In this document: positions 38,603 through 46,510 of the stretch, in pieces | Layout: the number at the start of each line of letters is the position of its first letter | Position numbering within the stretch: the first letter of the stretch is position 1 | From: Bdellovibrionaceae bacterium UBA3535 | GTDB taxonomy: Bacteria > Bdellovibrionota > Bdellovibrionia > Bdellovibrionales > UBA840 | Length of the DNA stretch: 64,000 nucleotides | Direction of reading: 5' to 3' | Assembly: GCA_002376845.1 (NCBI GenBank) | Contig: DFOS01000028.1 | Coordinates: forward strand, 1,029 to 65,028 | Translations under genes and position numbers: made by a program | The notes under the pieces: generated by a model | Told to the model about the DNA's origin: nothing | What the model saw: only the letters and a program-made list of their open reading frames with translations | The model's database searches: none

Positions 38603-39459
38603 ATATTCTGCAAGCCTTTCAATAGAGGTTCGACAAATGTTGACATCCCCTTATAATCGCGATTTTCAGTAGGCATACTTTTTATTTGCTCACGCAAAGA
38701 GCGTAAAACAGACTTTGGCAGGGACGCCAGGTTTTGAATATGGGTTCGGATCGTAAAAACCACTTGTTGGCTCTTTGGAAGACGTACCAACGTTTGCCTT
38801 TCAAGGCGCAAGAAAACTTTTTCCAACAAGATTTCTTCGAGATGCTCTGGCTTCTTTTTATCTGGAAAGGGACAAAAATATTCGTCCGAATCATGCATGG
38901 TCCAATTCCATCTTTCTACAGGCTTATTCACTGGGATAGAATCGATGTACTTTGTCACCAAGCCTTCCAGTTTGCTTGCAAAATTGGGGACCGGCTGATG
39001 GATCTGTGCCATGTTTTTGCCGATTTTATCGCGCAGGTTCCAGCGCGAAGGAAAACAAACGAGTCCCCCAAGCAGGGTGCTAGAGGGCCCGTCCAAAAAA
39101 CAAAGATCTTCTTGCACGATTTCAGCAAACTGCCTAAGCGCAGAAAGTGCCTCCTGCTTTTTAGAAAAAAGCTTGCCATCCGCCATGCGCTTCAAAGCAT
39201 TTTGACTTTTGCAATAATGTTGACCGTGGTATTGAAGCAAATTATCAAAAAGCAGATCTTGCAGCTCCAAGACAGAATTTTGCATGGCAGGCTCATAATA
39301 CAAAACCAGCTCCGATTCGCTAGCCAAAATGTCTTTTTTTTGCCCCGAATCCGCACAAAGTCGATCATCCAAAAGGAACCATTCCGAGCTCCCAATGGGC
39401 TGAATTCCCATTTTCATCTGGTATTGGTTCGTGGTAAAAAGCGGGCATTTTTCCAACAT
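38599..39459 (-). CDS. DUF3445 / heme-dependent oxidative N-demethylase alpha-subunit-like protein
   Basis: YQMKMGIQPIGSSEWFLLD near the N-terminus and LERQTLVRLPKSQQVVFTIRTHI near the C-terminus match my memory of the DUF3445 (PF11927) signature ERQTLRRLP..AvlFtIRt. Confidence 0.7.
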   Translation of the reverse strand: MLEKCPLFTTNQYQMKMGIQPIGSSEWFLLDDRLCADSGQKKDILASESELVLYYEPAMQNSVLELQDLLFDNLLQYHGQHYCKSQNALKRMADGKLFSKKQEALSALRQFAEIVQEDLCFLDGPSSTLLGGLVCFPSRWNLRDKIGKNMAQIHQPVPNFASKLEGLVTKYIDSIPVNKPVERWNWTMHDSDEYFCPFPDKKKPEHLEEILLEKVFLRLERQTLVRLPKSQQVVFTIRTHIQNLASLPKSVLRSLREQIKSMPTENRDYKGMSTFVEPLLKGLQNI

Positions 39460-39576
39460 GAAGAGTATTTATAGGCCCAATCCCCTAGCTTGTCGAATAT
39501 CTTTACACTCCATAGAATTATTGGAATACTCCACTCGTCATTTTCATTTTAGCAAGTCCTAGTATAGAATGATTTC

Positions 39577-40896
39577 ATGCAATCCCTAAAAATCTTGGCC
39601 ATGGTGGCTGTATTCTACCAAGTCCCTGTTCTTGCCTCTACCACCATTAGTGACTTAGACCGATTGAATGAAGTCTATATTCGCAATGCTGCACGGGCGA
39701 TTATGGGTGATTTTCAGGCCGATGATCGGCTCGATTATCAGTTTCAAGTCCGGGCTAAAGATACAAGAAGCCATCTAAATTATGTGGATCTTGGCTCTTT
39801 GCTTTATAGCATTCAACAGGGAAAAATATCTTTACTCAGGCTAAAAGAACAACGACAGCCCATAAAAGACAAAGACACCAAGCGAAGCCTAGATTCATTT
39901 TCCACGATGCTGGACAGATACGAAATCATACTTACAAATCTTTCAAAACTTAGCATTCAAGAAAAAGATGTGGATAAAAACCTTTCCCTTATGGAGCAAA
40001 GCTTTGATTACCAGTTAAAAGAGCGAGTGCGAAAGCATGAGGCTAAATATTTTGCGCAAAAGCGACAAATAGAAAAAAAAGACTATGAAGAAAAGCAGCG
40101 CCAGCAACTTCTCCTTAGAAATCAGCACCAGCTACTTTCGGCTAAACGGCAAGCATTTGTGGAAACTGCCTCCCTTTTCTTAAGAGATTTGCAAATCCCG
40201 ACTCTAAATTTGGCTGAACTTAGTTCCTCTAGAATGGTGGCACTTAACTCCTATGCAATACTGGCCAATCTACAACATTTGCAAAGTCATCCTTCTTACT
40301 ATCCTGATTTCTTTCGTAATCTACGTATAGAGCATGATATGATACCTATCTTGCGATCCTATATGAACTTGGATTATCTAAAAGACAATTACACCTATGC
40401 CTTACTAAAGTTTGTCGCGAAAAACCAAAGCATGCACTCGCTGATTCGCCTTTCTGCCATAGCGCAGATGACAAAACTTTGGGGCTTTGAAAACACCTTA
40501 CAAGCACTGGATTATGACCGAGACCGGCTTTTGAAAATCTTTGATAAAATTGGGGAACGCGCAGAAATAAGTCCTGTTTCCCGATTATCCAAACAAACAA
40601 AAGTGCACATCGACTACTATGCGGATGTAAAAATTGACGTGGACGATTTTGCAAGAAAGATTCAAAATGAATTATTCATTTACCTACCCGAAGCGAAAAT
40701 GCATTTTTCCAGCAGGTCCTCTTTTGCTAAACCCCAGCTATTGGCCCTGTCGGATCAAACTAAAAACGGCAATATTAAGCCGATGAGTCAGATACATAGA
40801 ACTACAGAGCAACACCCCTTAGAATTGCTACAAGAGCGAGAACGCCAAAGCGCTGAGGTTCTGCCTTTTGGTGTTTGCAAAGGTTTATTTCGCTAA
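39577..40896 (+). CDS. secreted hypothetical protein with central coiled-coil/charged region
   Basis: 439 aa with signal peptide MQSLKILAMVAVFYQVPVLA and a KHEAKYFAQKRQIEKKDYEEKQRQQLLLRNQ charged helix. Its stop codon abuts the tRNA-fragment repeat. Confidence 0.55.
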   Translation: MQSLKILAMVAVFYQVPVLASTTISDLDRLNEVYIRNAARAIMGDFQADDRLDYQFQVRAKDTRSHLNYVDLGSLLYSIQQGKISLLRLKEQRQPIKDKDTKRSLDSFSTMLDRYEIILTNLSKLSIQEKDVDKNLSLMEQSFDYQLKERVRKHEAKYFAQKRQIEKKDYEEKQRQQLLLRNQHQLLSAKRQAFVETASLFLRDLQIPTLNLAELSSSRMVALNSYAILANLQHLQSHPSYYPDFFRNLRIEHDMIPILRSYMNLDYLKDNYTYALLKFVAKNQSMHSLIRLSAIAQMTKLWGFENTLQALDYDRDRLLKIFDKIGERAEISPVSRLSKQTKVHIDYYADVKIDVDDFARKIQNELFIYLPEAKMHFSSRSSFAKPQLLALSDQTKNGNIKPMSQIHRTTEQHPLELLQERERQSAEVLPFGVCKGLFR

Positions 40897-40917
40897 TGGT
40901 GGAGATAAGCGGACTCG
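40897..40917 (-). repeat. 21-nt perfect copy of the 3' end (T-loop to CCA) of the neighbouring tRNA-Ala gene
   Basis: TGGTGGAGATAAGCGGACTCG at 40897-40917 is identical to 41075-41095. The sequences diverge immediately afterwards (GTC versus AAC). Confidence 0.85.
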
Positions 40918-41018
40918 GTCAAGCGCTCGCAATGGCTTCCAGCCATTTCTCCGCCTAACCACCCCGAAGTCCTTTCGCTCACATCACGCTCCCTGTAGGG
41001 AAATGATACGTCATAAAA

Positions 41019-41065
41019 GTGTAAACTATGTGCCCGGAATAAAGTGTAAAGGATGTATCCGGAAT
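41019..41065. repeat. two-copy imperfect tandem repeat (25-nt period) inside the tRNA-flanked 157-bp segment
   Basis: GTGTAAACTATGTGCCCGGAAT (41019-41040) and GTGTAAAGGATGTATCCGGAAT (41044-41065) share 18/22 identities. Each is preceded by AAA. Confidence 0.6.
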
Positions 41066-41074
41066 ATACCTTTT

Positions 41075-41150
41075 TGGTGGAGATAAGCGGACTCGAACCG
41101 CTGACCCTTACGCTGCCAGCGTAATGCTCTACCAGCTGAGCTATATCCCC
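41075..41150 (-). tRNA. tRNA-Ala (anticodon GGC), CCA encoded
   Basis: The minus strand folds by hand as GGGGATA-TA-GCTC-AGCTGGTA-GAGC-A-TTACG-CTGGCAG-CGTAA-GGGTC-AGCGG-TTCGAGT-CCGCT-TATCTCC-A-CCA. It has a G3:U70 alanine identity pair and is 76 nt long. Confidence 0.95.
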
Positions 41151-41167
41151 ATATTCTTTGCACCATC

Positions 41168-41196
41168 TTATTAAGACACTTTGTTGCACATGGCAA
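41168..41196 (-). promoter_or_regulatory. sigma70-like promoter candidate for tRNA-Ala
   Basis: The minus strand reads TTGCCA (41196-41191), a 17-nt spacer, then TAATAA (41173-41168). The -10 element is 17 nt upstream of the mature tRNA 5' end. Confidence 0.35.
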
Positions 41197-41262
41197 GACA
41201 AATGAAATCCTTGAATTTTCACCATTTTCCATATTTTCTACTAGGCGCACCAGGAGGTTGGA

Positions 41263-41745
41263 ATGCAGCGTACTTTGTTAGCAATAATGATTTGTTTTTT
41301 TGTAAGCCCCAGCTATGCGAAAAATTTGGAGCATCGACTTGGCGTTGGCTATTCCAATACCTTTTCTTTTGAACTGCCCAGCCTCGCGCTGTCTTATTAC
41401 CCCAGTAGCCGAACCAATATCGGCGTAGCCTTAGGTGTGAACACCGAAGATGACCAATCGAAGTTTGGTTTTCTATTCAAGGCCTTTCGAGTTATCTTTG
41501 AAGAAGAAAACTTAAATTTTCTTATGGGTGGTGGCGCCGCAGTGATTTCTGATGAACAAAATGGCAGAAGTGATTCAGGCTTTGAAGTAAGTGCTCTGGC
41601 AGCTGCAGAATACTTCTTTACCGGCCTTGATTCTTTGGCCTTTCGCTTTGAAGCCGGCATCGGTATCGTTTCGCAGGACGACGGTGTGACATTTAGAACC
41701 ATTGGCGAAAGCCCAATTAGTGCAGGGGTAATCTTTTATTTTTAG
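41263..41745 (+). CDS. small outer-membrane beta-barrel protein
   Basis: AGGAGG RBS, signal peptide MQRTLLAIMICFFVSPSYA, alternating hydrophobic strands, and a C-terminal ...GVIFYF. Confidence 0.65.
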   Translation: MQRTLLAIMICFFVSPSYAKNLEHRLGVGYSNTFSFELPSLALSYYPSSRTNIGVALGVNTEDDQSKFGFLFKAFRVIFEEENLNFLMGGGAAVISDEQNGRSDSGFEVSALAAAEYFFTGLDSLAFRFEAGIGIVSQDDGVTFRTIGESPISAGVIFYF

Positions 41746-41848
41746 CGTTCATATTTTTTACATCTGACTAAAAGCTTCGCCCAGACTACAAATTATAATC
41801 ACTAGACAAGGTACGAGAATTGCTTATAATTTCTCTAGAGGGGGCACT

Positions 41849-42523
41849 TTGAAATACTGGCTAATTGCAATCTTTTTTCTAAGCAGCTTTGCCAAAGCGG
41901 ATGGCTTTGATCCCTTTATTGATTATTCCGAGTTTGAAGAAGCCACCCAAGAGGAAGCCGACATCCACTTTTTTCGCAATGGACGCTTTCTCACCCTAGG
42001 CCTGCTGGGCGGCTTACGTGGCTATACAGAGAATTATGGCTCCATCAATGATCCAGGAGGCTCTTTTGGACTATTTGTTGCCTTCTTTTTTGATCTTCGT
42101 TTTGCCCTGCAAGTTAGCTACACCCTAAGTGACCATGACTTTAACTATCGCAATACCATACTCGGTGCGAACGAAACCACTGCCACATCGTTTGAAGTCA
42201 AATATTATACCAACACACAAAATGTCACAAAAGGCCTTGGTCGATTCAATCCCTACTTTATTGGCGGCTTCTCACAAATTTATCGTACAGTAGATATAGA
42301 TGGGGCAGCTTCCAGCCGGGATGGGTCTTTGGGCTTTAATGCCGGTGCAGGCTTTGAAGTTCCCTTTGCTAGAAACTCCACCTATTTTGGCCTTGAGGCA
42401 AAGTATACTTATGTGAATTTCAATGATGAAGGCAAACTCTTAAGTGATGGTACAACCAATACAAGCTTCCGTTTGAACGGTGATTTATACACCTTGTATG
42501 CCATACTAGGTGTGAACTTCTAA
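41849..42523 (+). CDS. outer-membrane beta-barrel protein (OMP_b-brl-like)
   Basis: Signal peptide MKYWLIAIFFLSSFAKA, Gly/aromatic-rich amphipathic strands, and a C-terminal ...YAILGVNF. Confidence 0.65.
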   Translation: MKYWLIAIFFLSSFAKADGFDPFIDYSEFEEATQEEADIHFFRNGRFLTLGLLGGLRGYTENYGSINDPGGSFGLFVAFFFDLRFALQVSYTLSDHDFNYRNTILGANETTATSFEVKYYTNTQNVTKGLGRFNPYFIGGFSQIYRTVDIDGAASSRDGSLGFNAGAGFEVPFARNSTYFGLEAKYTYVNFNDEGKLLSDGTTNTSFRLNGDLYTLYAILGVNF

Positions 42524-43879
42524 TTCCTTTTTCGCCAAAATCTCTGCCTTATTTTTTGTTAAGGATGCTTTGGAGCGCATGGCATAAATCCGAAGAGGAA
42601 TGCCCTGCAAATCAAAAGTCTCCTTCAGTCGATTAATAAGGTAGCGCCGATAAGAGTCTGTAACACCCTCTGAGTGATTCACAAAGCATATGAAGGATGG
42701 CGGAACTTGCTCCGTTTGTGTCATATAAAGAAAACGAACATTCTTTGTTTTGTATACTGGCGGCGGTGTGCGCTTTGTAACTTCAGAGAAGAATTGATTC
42801 AATTTTGATGTACTTATTCTTCGCTGCATTTTTTCGCGCACTTCCTCTATTTGCATAAAAAGCTTTTTAATTCCACTCGAGGTTTTGGCACTAACAAAAA
42901 CTATGGGCAAATCACTATAGAAATGAAACTCTTCTTGCATTTTTTCACGGAAAGACTTTCTGTATTCGGCAATTTGCTTTTCTGCCAAATCACTTTTATT
43001 GGCAACTAGAATGGCCGGCTTAGCTTGCTCTACAACATAAGATAAGAGCTTGGTATCCTGATCACTGGGTCCGAGCAATCCATCCACAATAAGTAGAACT
43101 AAATCTGCCTTACGAATGGACTCCCTGGCTTTGATACTAGACAGTACCTCTACCCCATCCTGCATCTTGGAGCGTCTTCGAATACCGGCGGTATCCACAA
43201 TCTTATAAGTCTTGTCAGCATATTGAAAAACAGCACCAATGGAATCCGTAGTCGTCCCGGCCGTATCGGAAACCAACATTTTCTCTTCTCCAAGCAATTG
43301 ATTGGTAAGGGAAGACTTTCCTGCATTGGGCTTGCCGACGATGGCCATGGTAAAATACTTTTCTTCTTTTATACTTTGCGCTTGCAGATAGGGCATTAAA
43401 GCATCCAGCAAATCACTAACTCCCCTTCTGGCCTCAAAGGAGCAAGAATAGGGACACTCTGAAAGTTCATAAAAATCGTATTTTGCGACTTCTTCATCCT
43501 TAACACTATCAACCTTGTTAATCGCAATCACAAAGGGCTTTCCAGAATTGCGTACAAACTGAAAGGCATTACGATCTTCTAAAGTTAAGCCTTGCCGAGC
43601 ATCTACCACAAAAATGATGGCATCCACCGTGGACAAAAGGTTTTGCACCTGCTGTTTGATTTGCAAGGCAAAGGGGCTCTCTCGGTCTGTAATCCCACCT
43701 GTATCGATCACTTCAAATTCATGTCCAAGCCAATCGCCTCGCTCCACCTGAATATCACGAGTCAAACCTTCATAATCTTTTACCAAAGCCTTTTTTGTGT
43801 TGGTAAGAACATTAAATAGTGTGGATTTTCCTACATTGGGTCGACCTACAATGGCCAATTGCTTAAGCTTCGACGACAT
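42506..43879 (-). CDS. der: ribosome-associated GTPase Der (EngA)
   Basis: Two G domains (GRPNVGKSTLFN / DTGG and GKPNAGKSSLTN / DTAG ... NKSD) plus a KH-like C-terminus. The ATG at 43879 is preferred to the upstream ATG at 43936. Confidence 0.93.
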   Translation of the reverse strand: MSSKLKQLAIVGRPNVGKSTLFNVLTNTKKALVKDYEGLTRDIQVERGDWLGHEFEVIDTGGITDRESPFALQIKQQVQNLLSTVDAIIFVVDARQGLTLEDRNAFQFVRNSGKPFVIAINKVDSVKDEEVAKYDFYELSECPYSCSFEARRGVSDLLDALMPYLQAQSIKEEKYFTMAIVGKPNAGKSSLTNQLLGEEKMLVSDTAGTTTDSIGAVFQYADKTYKIVDTAGIRRRSKMQDGVEVLSSIKARESIRKADLVLLIVDGLLGPSDQDTKLLSYVVEQAKPAILVANKSDLAEKQIAEYRKSFREKMQEEFHFYSDLPIVFVSAKTSSGIKKLFMQIEEVREKMQRRISTSKLNQFFSEVTKRTPPPVYKTKNVRFLYMTQTEQVPPSFICFVNHSEGVTDSYRRYLINRLKETFDLQGIPLRIYAMRSKASLTKNKAEILAKKELEVHT

Positions 43880-44753
43880 AACCCAATTCCCGAATCGCTT
43901 GCGGATTCTTTGTCCATTTTTCTTTGATTCGCACATGTAGATCTAGAAAAACTTTTTTATCCAATTGCAATTCTATTTCTTTTCGCGCCTCTGTACCAAT
44001 GCGTTTTATCAATTCACCTCGTTTACCTAAAACGATGGATTTATAGGATTCTTTTTCAATGACGATATCAGCAAAAATACGGTCTATTTTTTCTAGCTCT
44101 TCATACTTTCGTACCTGAACTGCCAATCCGTAAGGGATTTCCTCATGGATATTGTAAAAGCACTTTTCTCGAATGATTTCAGCAACCCAGTCTTTCGTGG
44201 ATTGCAAAGTAAAAAGATCTTCCTCATAAATAGGAGCCTCCGATTGAGGAAGTAATTTTGCAAATTCCTGCAGTATTAATTCTTTATGCTTATCTACTTC
44301 TTGCTTTGTGCTAACCGACAAAATGGGCACAGCATAGTCTTGTAACTTCTGTCTTAAAATCAACTGGCGGTGCGGCTTTAAATCTGACTTGGTCATTAAA
44401 ATCATCCAAGCTTTACCAGAGGCGGCCGTCATATCCGCAATACGCAATAGATCTTCCATGCTCTTGGCATCCATATTAAGACAGGCCACCAGAACATCGG
44501 CTTTTTGCATTACGTCTTTATACTCATCTTGCAAAAAACGATTTAAGCCGCTGCTTTTACCTATCACACCAGGGGCGTCCATCAGTATCGCCTGTAGACC
44601 CTCTTGATTGACAATCCCCAATACTCTTTTTCTTGTGGTCTGTGCTTTATGACAAACTATGGAGAACTTTTCTCCAACCAGCATATTTGCCAGCGAGCTT
44701 TTTCCCGCATTGGGCAAACCAATCAAACCGACAAAACCTGCTTTATAGGACAT
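43863..44753 (-). CDS. era: GTPase Era
   Basis: GLPNAGKSSLAN, DAPG, TKSD G motifs followed by a KH domain (VLGKRGELIKRIG). Confidence 0.95.
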   Translation of the reverse strand: MSYKAGFVGLIGLPNAGKSSLANMLVGEKFSIVCHKAQTTRKRVLGIVNQEGLQAILMDAPGVIGKSSGLNRFLQDEYKDVMQKADVLVACLNMDAKSMEDLLRIADMTAASGKAWMILMTKSDLKPHRQLILRQKLQDYAVPILSVSTKQEVDKHKELILQEFAKLLPQSEAPIYEEDLFTLQSTKDWVAEIIREKCFYNIHEEIPYGLAVQVRKYEELEKIDRIFADIVIEKESYKSIVLGKRGELIKRIGTEARKEIELQLDKKVFLDLHVRIKEKWTKNPQAIRELGYVVEA

Positions 44754-45468
44754 GGATCACCTCCATGGCACGACGGGCGGCCTGCTGCTCAGCAATTTTT
44801 TTGGAAGTTCCCTGGCCACGCGATAGCCAGCGACCAGCAAGCGAGACCTCACTAATAAAACGCCTAGCATGTGCAGGCCCAATCGCATCGGTGATTTCGT
44901 ATTTAGGAAGTTCCATATACTTTTGCTGGCAAATCTCTTGAAAGCGGGTTTTGTAATCTTGCTCGTAGGCATCTTGTTGACTTCGATGAATCAACAAATC
45001 TTCATAGAGCCTGACCACCACTTTTTTTGCTGTCTCGTAATTGCTGTCTTTAAAGATGGCGCCAATGATGGCCTCTACACAACAAGCCAAGAGACGTGGC
45101 TTGAATTGACCACCGCTGTTGCGCTCCCCCCTACCCAATAAAACATATTTTGATAGATTTAAGGACTGAGCGATTTCATTAAGACTGGCCTCATTGACCA
45201 AAGAAGCTCGTTTTTTGGATAAAAAGCCCTCGCTAGCTTCTGGCTCTATACGCATCAATATTTCACTTAAAGCCAAATCGAGCACGGCATCACCCAAGTA
45301 CTCCAAACGCTCGTTGTTTTGATAAGAATCTTCGCCCTGACGGTTTTTCTCGTTGGCGTAGGAGCGGTGAGAAAGGGCAGTCATCAAAAATTCTGGATTT
45401 TTAAAGCGATATACAAGTTGCTCTTCGAGTTCTGATAACGGCAGATCGTTTAGTAAGTCTTTTTGCAT
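44743..45468 (-). CDS. rnc: ribonuclease III
   Basis: Signature NERLEYLGDAVLD plus a C-terminal dsRBD (GPAHARRF...GTSKKIAEQQAARRA). Confidence 0.95.
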   Translation of the reverse strand: MQKDLLNDLPLSELEEQLVYRFKNPEFLMTALSHRSYANEKNRQGEDSYQNNERLEYLGDAVLDLALSEILMRIEPEASEGFLSKKRASLVNEASLNEIAQSLNLSKYVLLGRGERNSGGQFKPRLLACCVEAIIGAIFKDSNYETAKKVVVRLYEDLLIHRSQQDAYEQDYKTRFQEICQQKYMELPKYEITDAIGPAHARRFISEVSLAGRWLSRGQGTSKKIAEQQAARRAMEVIHVL

Positions 45469-45472
45469 AGTT

Positions 45473-45496
45473 ATTTCCTTATGGTATTAAGGAAAT
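45473..45496 (-). promoter_or_regulatory. SD-sequestering hairpin in the rnc leader
   Basis: The mRNA reads AUUUCCUUA-AUACCA-UAAGGAAAU-AACU-AUG. It has a perfect 9-bp stem whose 3' arm contains the only Shine-Dalgarno-like AAGGA, and it ends 4 nt before the rnc start. Confidence 0.4.
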
Positions 45497-45646
45497 CTCA
45501 AAACAATGGCCCACGACCCTTCTTTTGAAATTTCTACCTAATGTATCTAACAAGTTTTGTCATGCGCGTCAATTTTGCAGTTGAGTTAGGCATATTTTAC
45601 CAATGGCGGGCCCATATCTTGCTGAATGGACTTAGTAGGAGGAAAT

Positions 45647-45973
45647 ATGAAATATTGGCTTATATTGTTTTTCATTAGTCCCTGGTTTTTGGCTGCTTCT
45701 GAGCCAGAGTCCATAGCATCAAATTGCACCCAATATATGTATTCTAAGGCCTATTTAGATAAGAAAAGTGCGAAAAACCAATGTCAAAAAATTAAGGACA
45801 GATTTGCCTGGGTATGTACGAAAGTAGCCATAAACTATTTGGACAGGAACCAGGCTAGCTCATACTTGGAAGCTTGTTCGAAAATTGACAATGAGAAAAA
45901 GCTTAAATGCGTGGTGGATGAAGCCATAATGGCCACATCCCACCAACTAAAGAAGATAAAAAGCTGCTCTTAG
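45647..45973 (+). CDS. small secreted Cys-containing protein
   Basis: Signal peptide MKYWLILFFISPWFLAAS and six Cys in the mature ~90 aa. No motif recognised. Confidence 0.45.
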   Translation: MKYWLILFFISPWFLAASEPESIASNCTQYMYSKAYLDKKSAKNQCQKIKDRFAWVCTKVAINYLDRNQASSYLEACSKIDNEKKLKCVVDEAIMATSHQLKKIKSCS

Positions 45974-46329
45974 CCTTTTTTCGACCAAGAAGTACACCAG
46001 CCATCCGCTGCTACCAATTTTCCAGGAAAGAGTGTGCAAGCACCTTTGCCGTCGCCTTTGTCTGTATAAAGCACGCAGTTTTTACAGTGTTGATCTTTAA
46101 AAGCAACTCCCTGCTTTTCTACTTTTAGCTTATCATCGGTAATCTTTGCCTTATCATGCTGATAATTCACACCAGCGGCCATACCTTCTCCGGGCTTCAC
46201 CATTTCGGCTCCGCCACCGTCTTTTTTACGTCGACGAGCAAAGGCCGGCATGGCAACAGAACTTGCAACACTGGCAACAGCTACTAGGGACAAGCCTTTT
46301 TTTAGCGCATCTCTTCGATTTGATTTCAT
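45970..46329 (-). CDS. high-potential iron-sulfur protein (HiPIP) with Tat signal
   Basis: Twin-arginine leader MKSNRRDALKKGLSLVAVASVA and the HiPIP Cys ligand pattern CKNC...x13..C...x13..GWCTSW. Confidence 0.8.
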   Translation of the reverse strand: MKSNRRDALKKGLSLVAVASVASSVAMPAFARRRKKDGGGAEMVKPGEGMAAGVNYQHDKAKITDDKLKVEKQGVAFKDQHCKNCVLYTDKGDGKGACTLFPGKLVAADGWCTSWSKKG

Positions 46330-46510
46330 AAAAGCTCCTTTTTGAAAGCGTATAGAATACTTAATGATAACTTATTGATATATACTAACTATGTTCGAGA
46401 TCATAATCCAACAAAAATACAAAAGTTTTTTTCATGTATAGCTTTCGACAAGAAAAATTATGTAGCATTCTGCGAGGTTGCAAATGTGAAATTGTCTGCC
46501 AAAATAAATT

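Noticed and set aside
38734-39474. A 246-aa plus-strand ORF lies exactly antisense to almost the whole DUF3445 gene. It is the longest shadow ORF in the window.
   Set aside because: It lies in the codon-aligned antisense frame. There, stops arise only from sense TTA, CTA or TCA codons. Reading the sense gene, Leu is encoded by TTG/CTT/CTG and Ser by TCG/AGC/TCT until near the 3' end, so the open frame is explained by codon choice. The sense frame carries the family signature, and the antisense translation has no motif or RBS that I can see. Conservation analysis or Ribo-seq would be needed to revive it.
40931-40947. An anticodon-arm-like hairpin AATGG-CTTCCAG-CCATT sits inside the 157-bp segment. 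It reads as GGA (Ser) on the minus strand or UCC (Gly) on the plus strand. An upstream GGTGGTTAGGCGG stretch resembles a tRNA-Ser D-arm.
   Set aside because: I could not build a full cloverleaf. No 7-bp acceptor partner exists for the TATCTCC strand. The would-be T-stem (AGCGC / CCGCT) is mismatched with a 10-12-nt loop. The plus-strand version lacks a T-arm altogether. It is at best a decayed tRNA-like remnant. tRNAscan-SE or ARAGORN would settle it.
40893-41250. ORFs 40893..41225 and 41026..41250 (minus strand, 110 and 74 aa).
   Set aside because: Both read straight through the tRNA-Ala gene and its duplicated 3' fragment, so they are translation artefacts of RNA-coding DNA.
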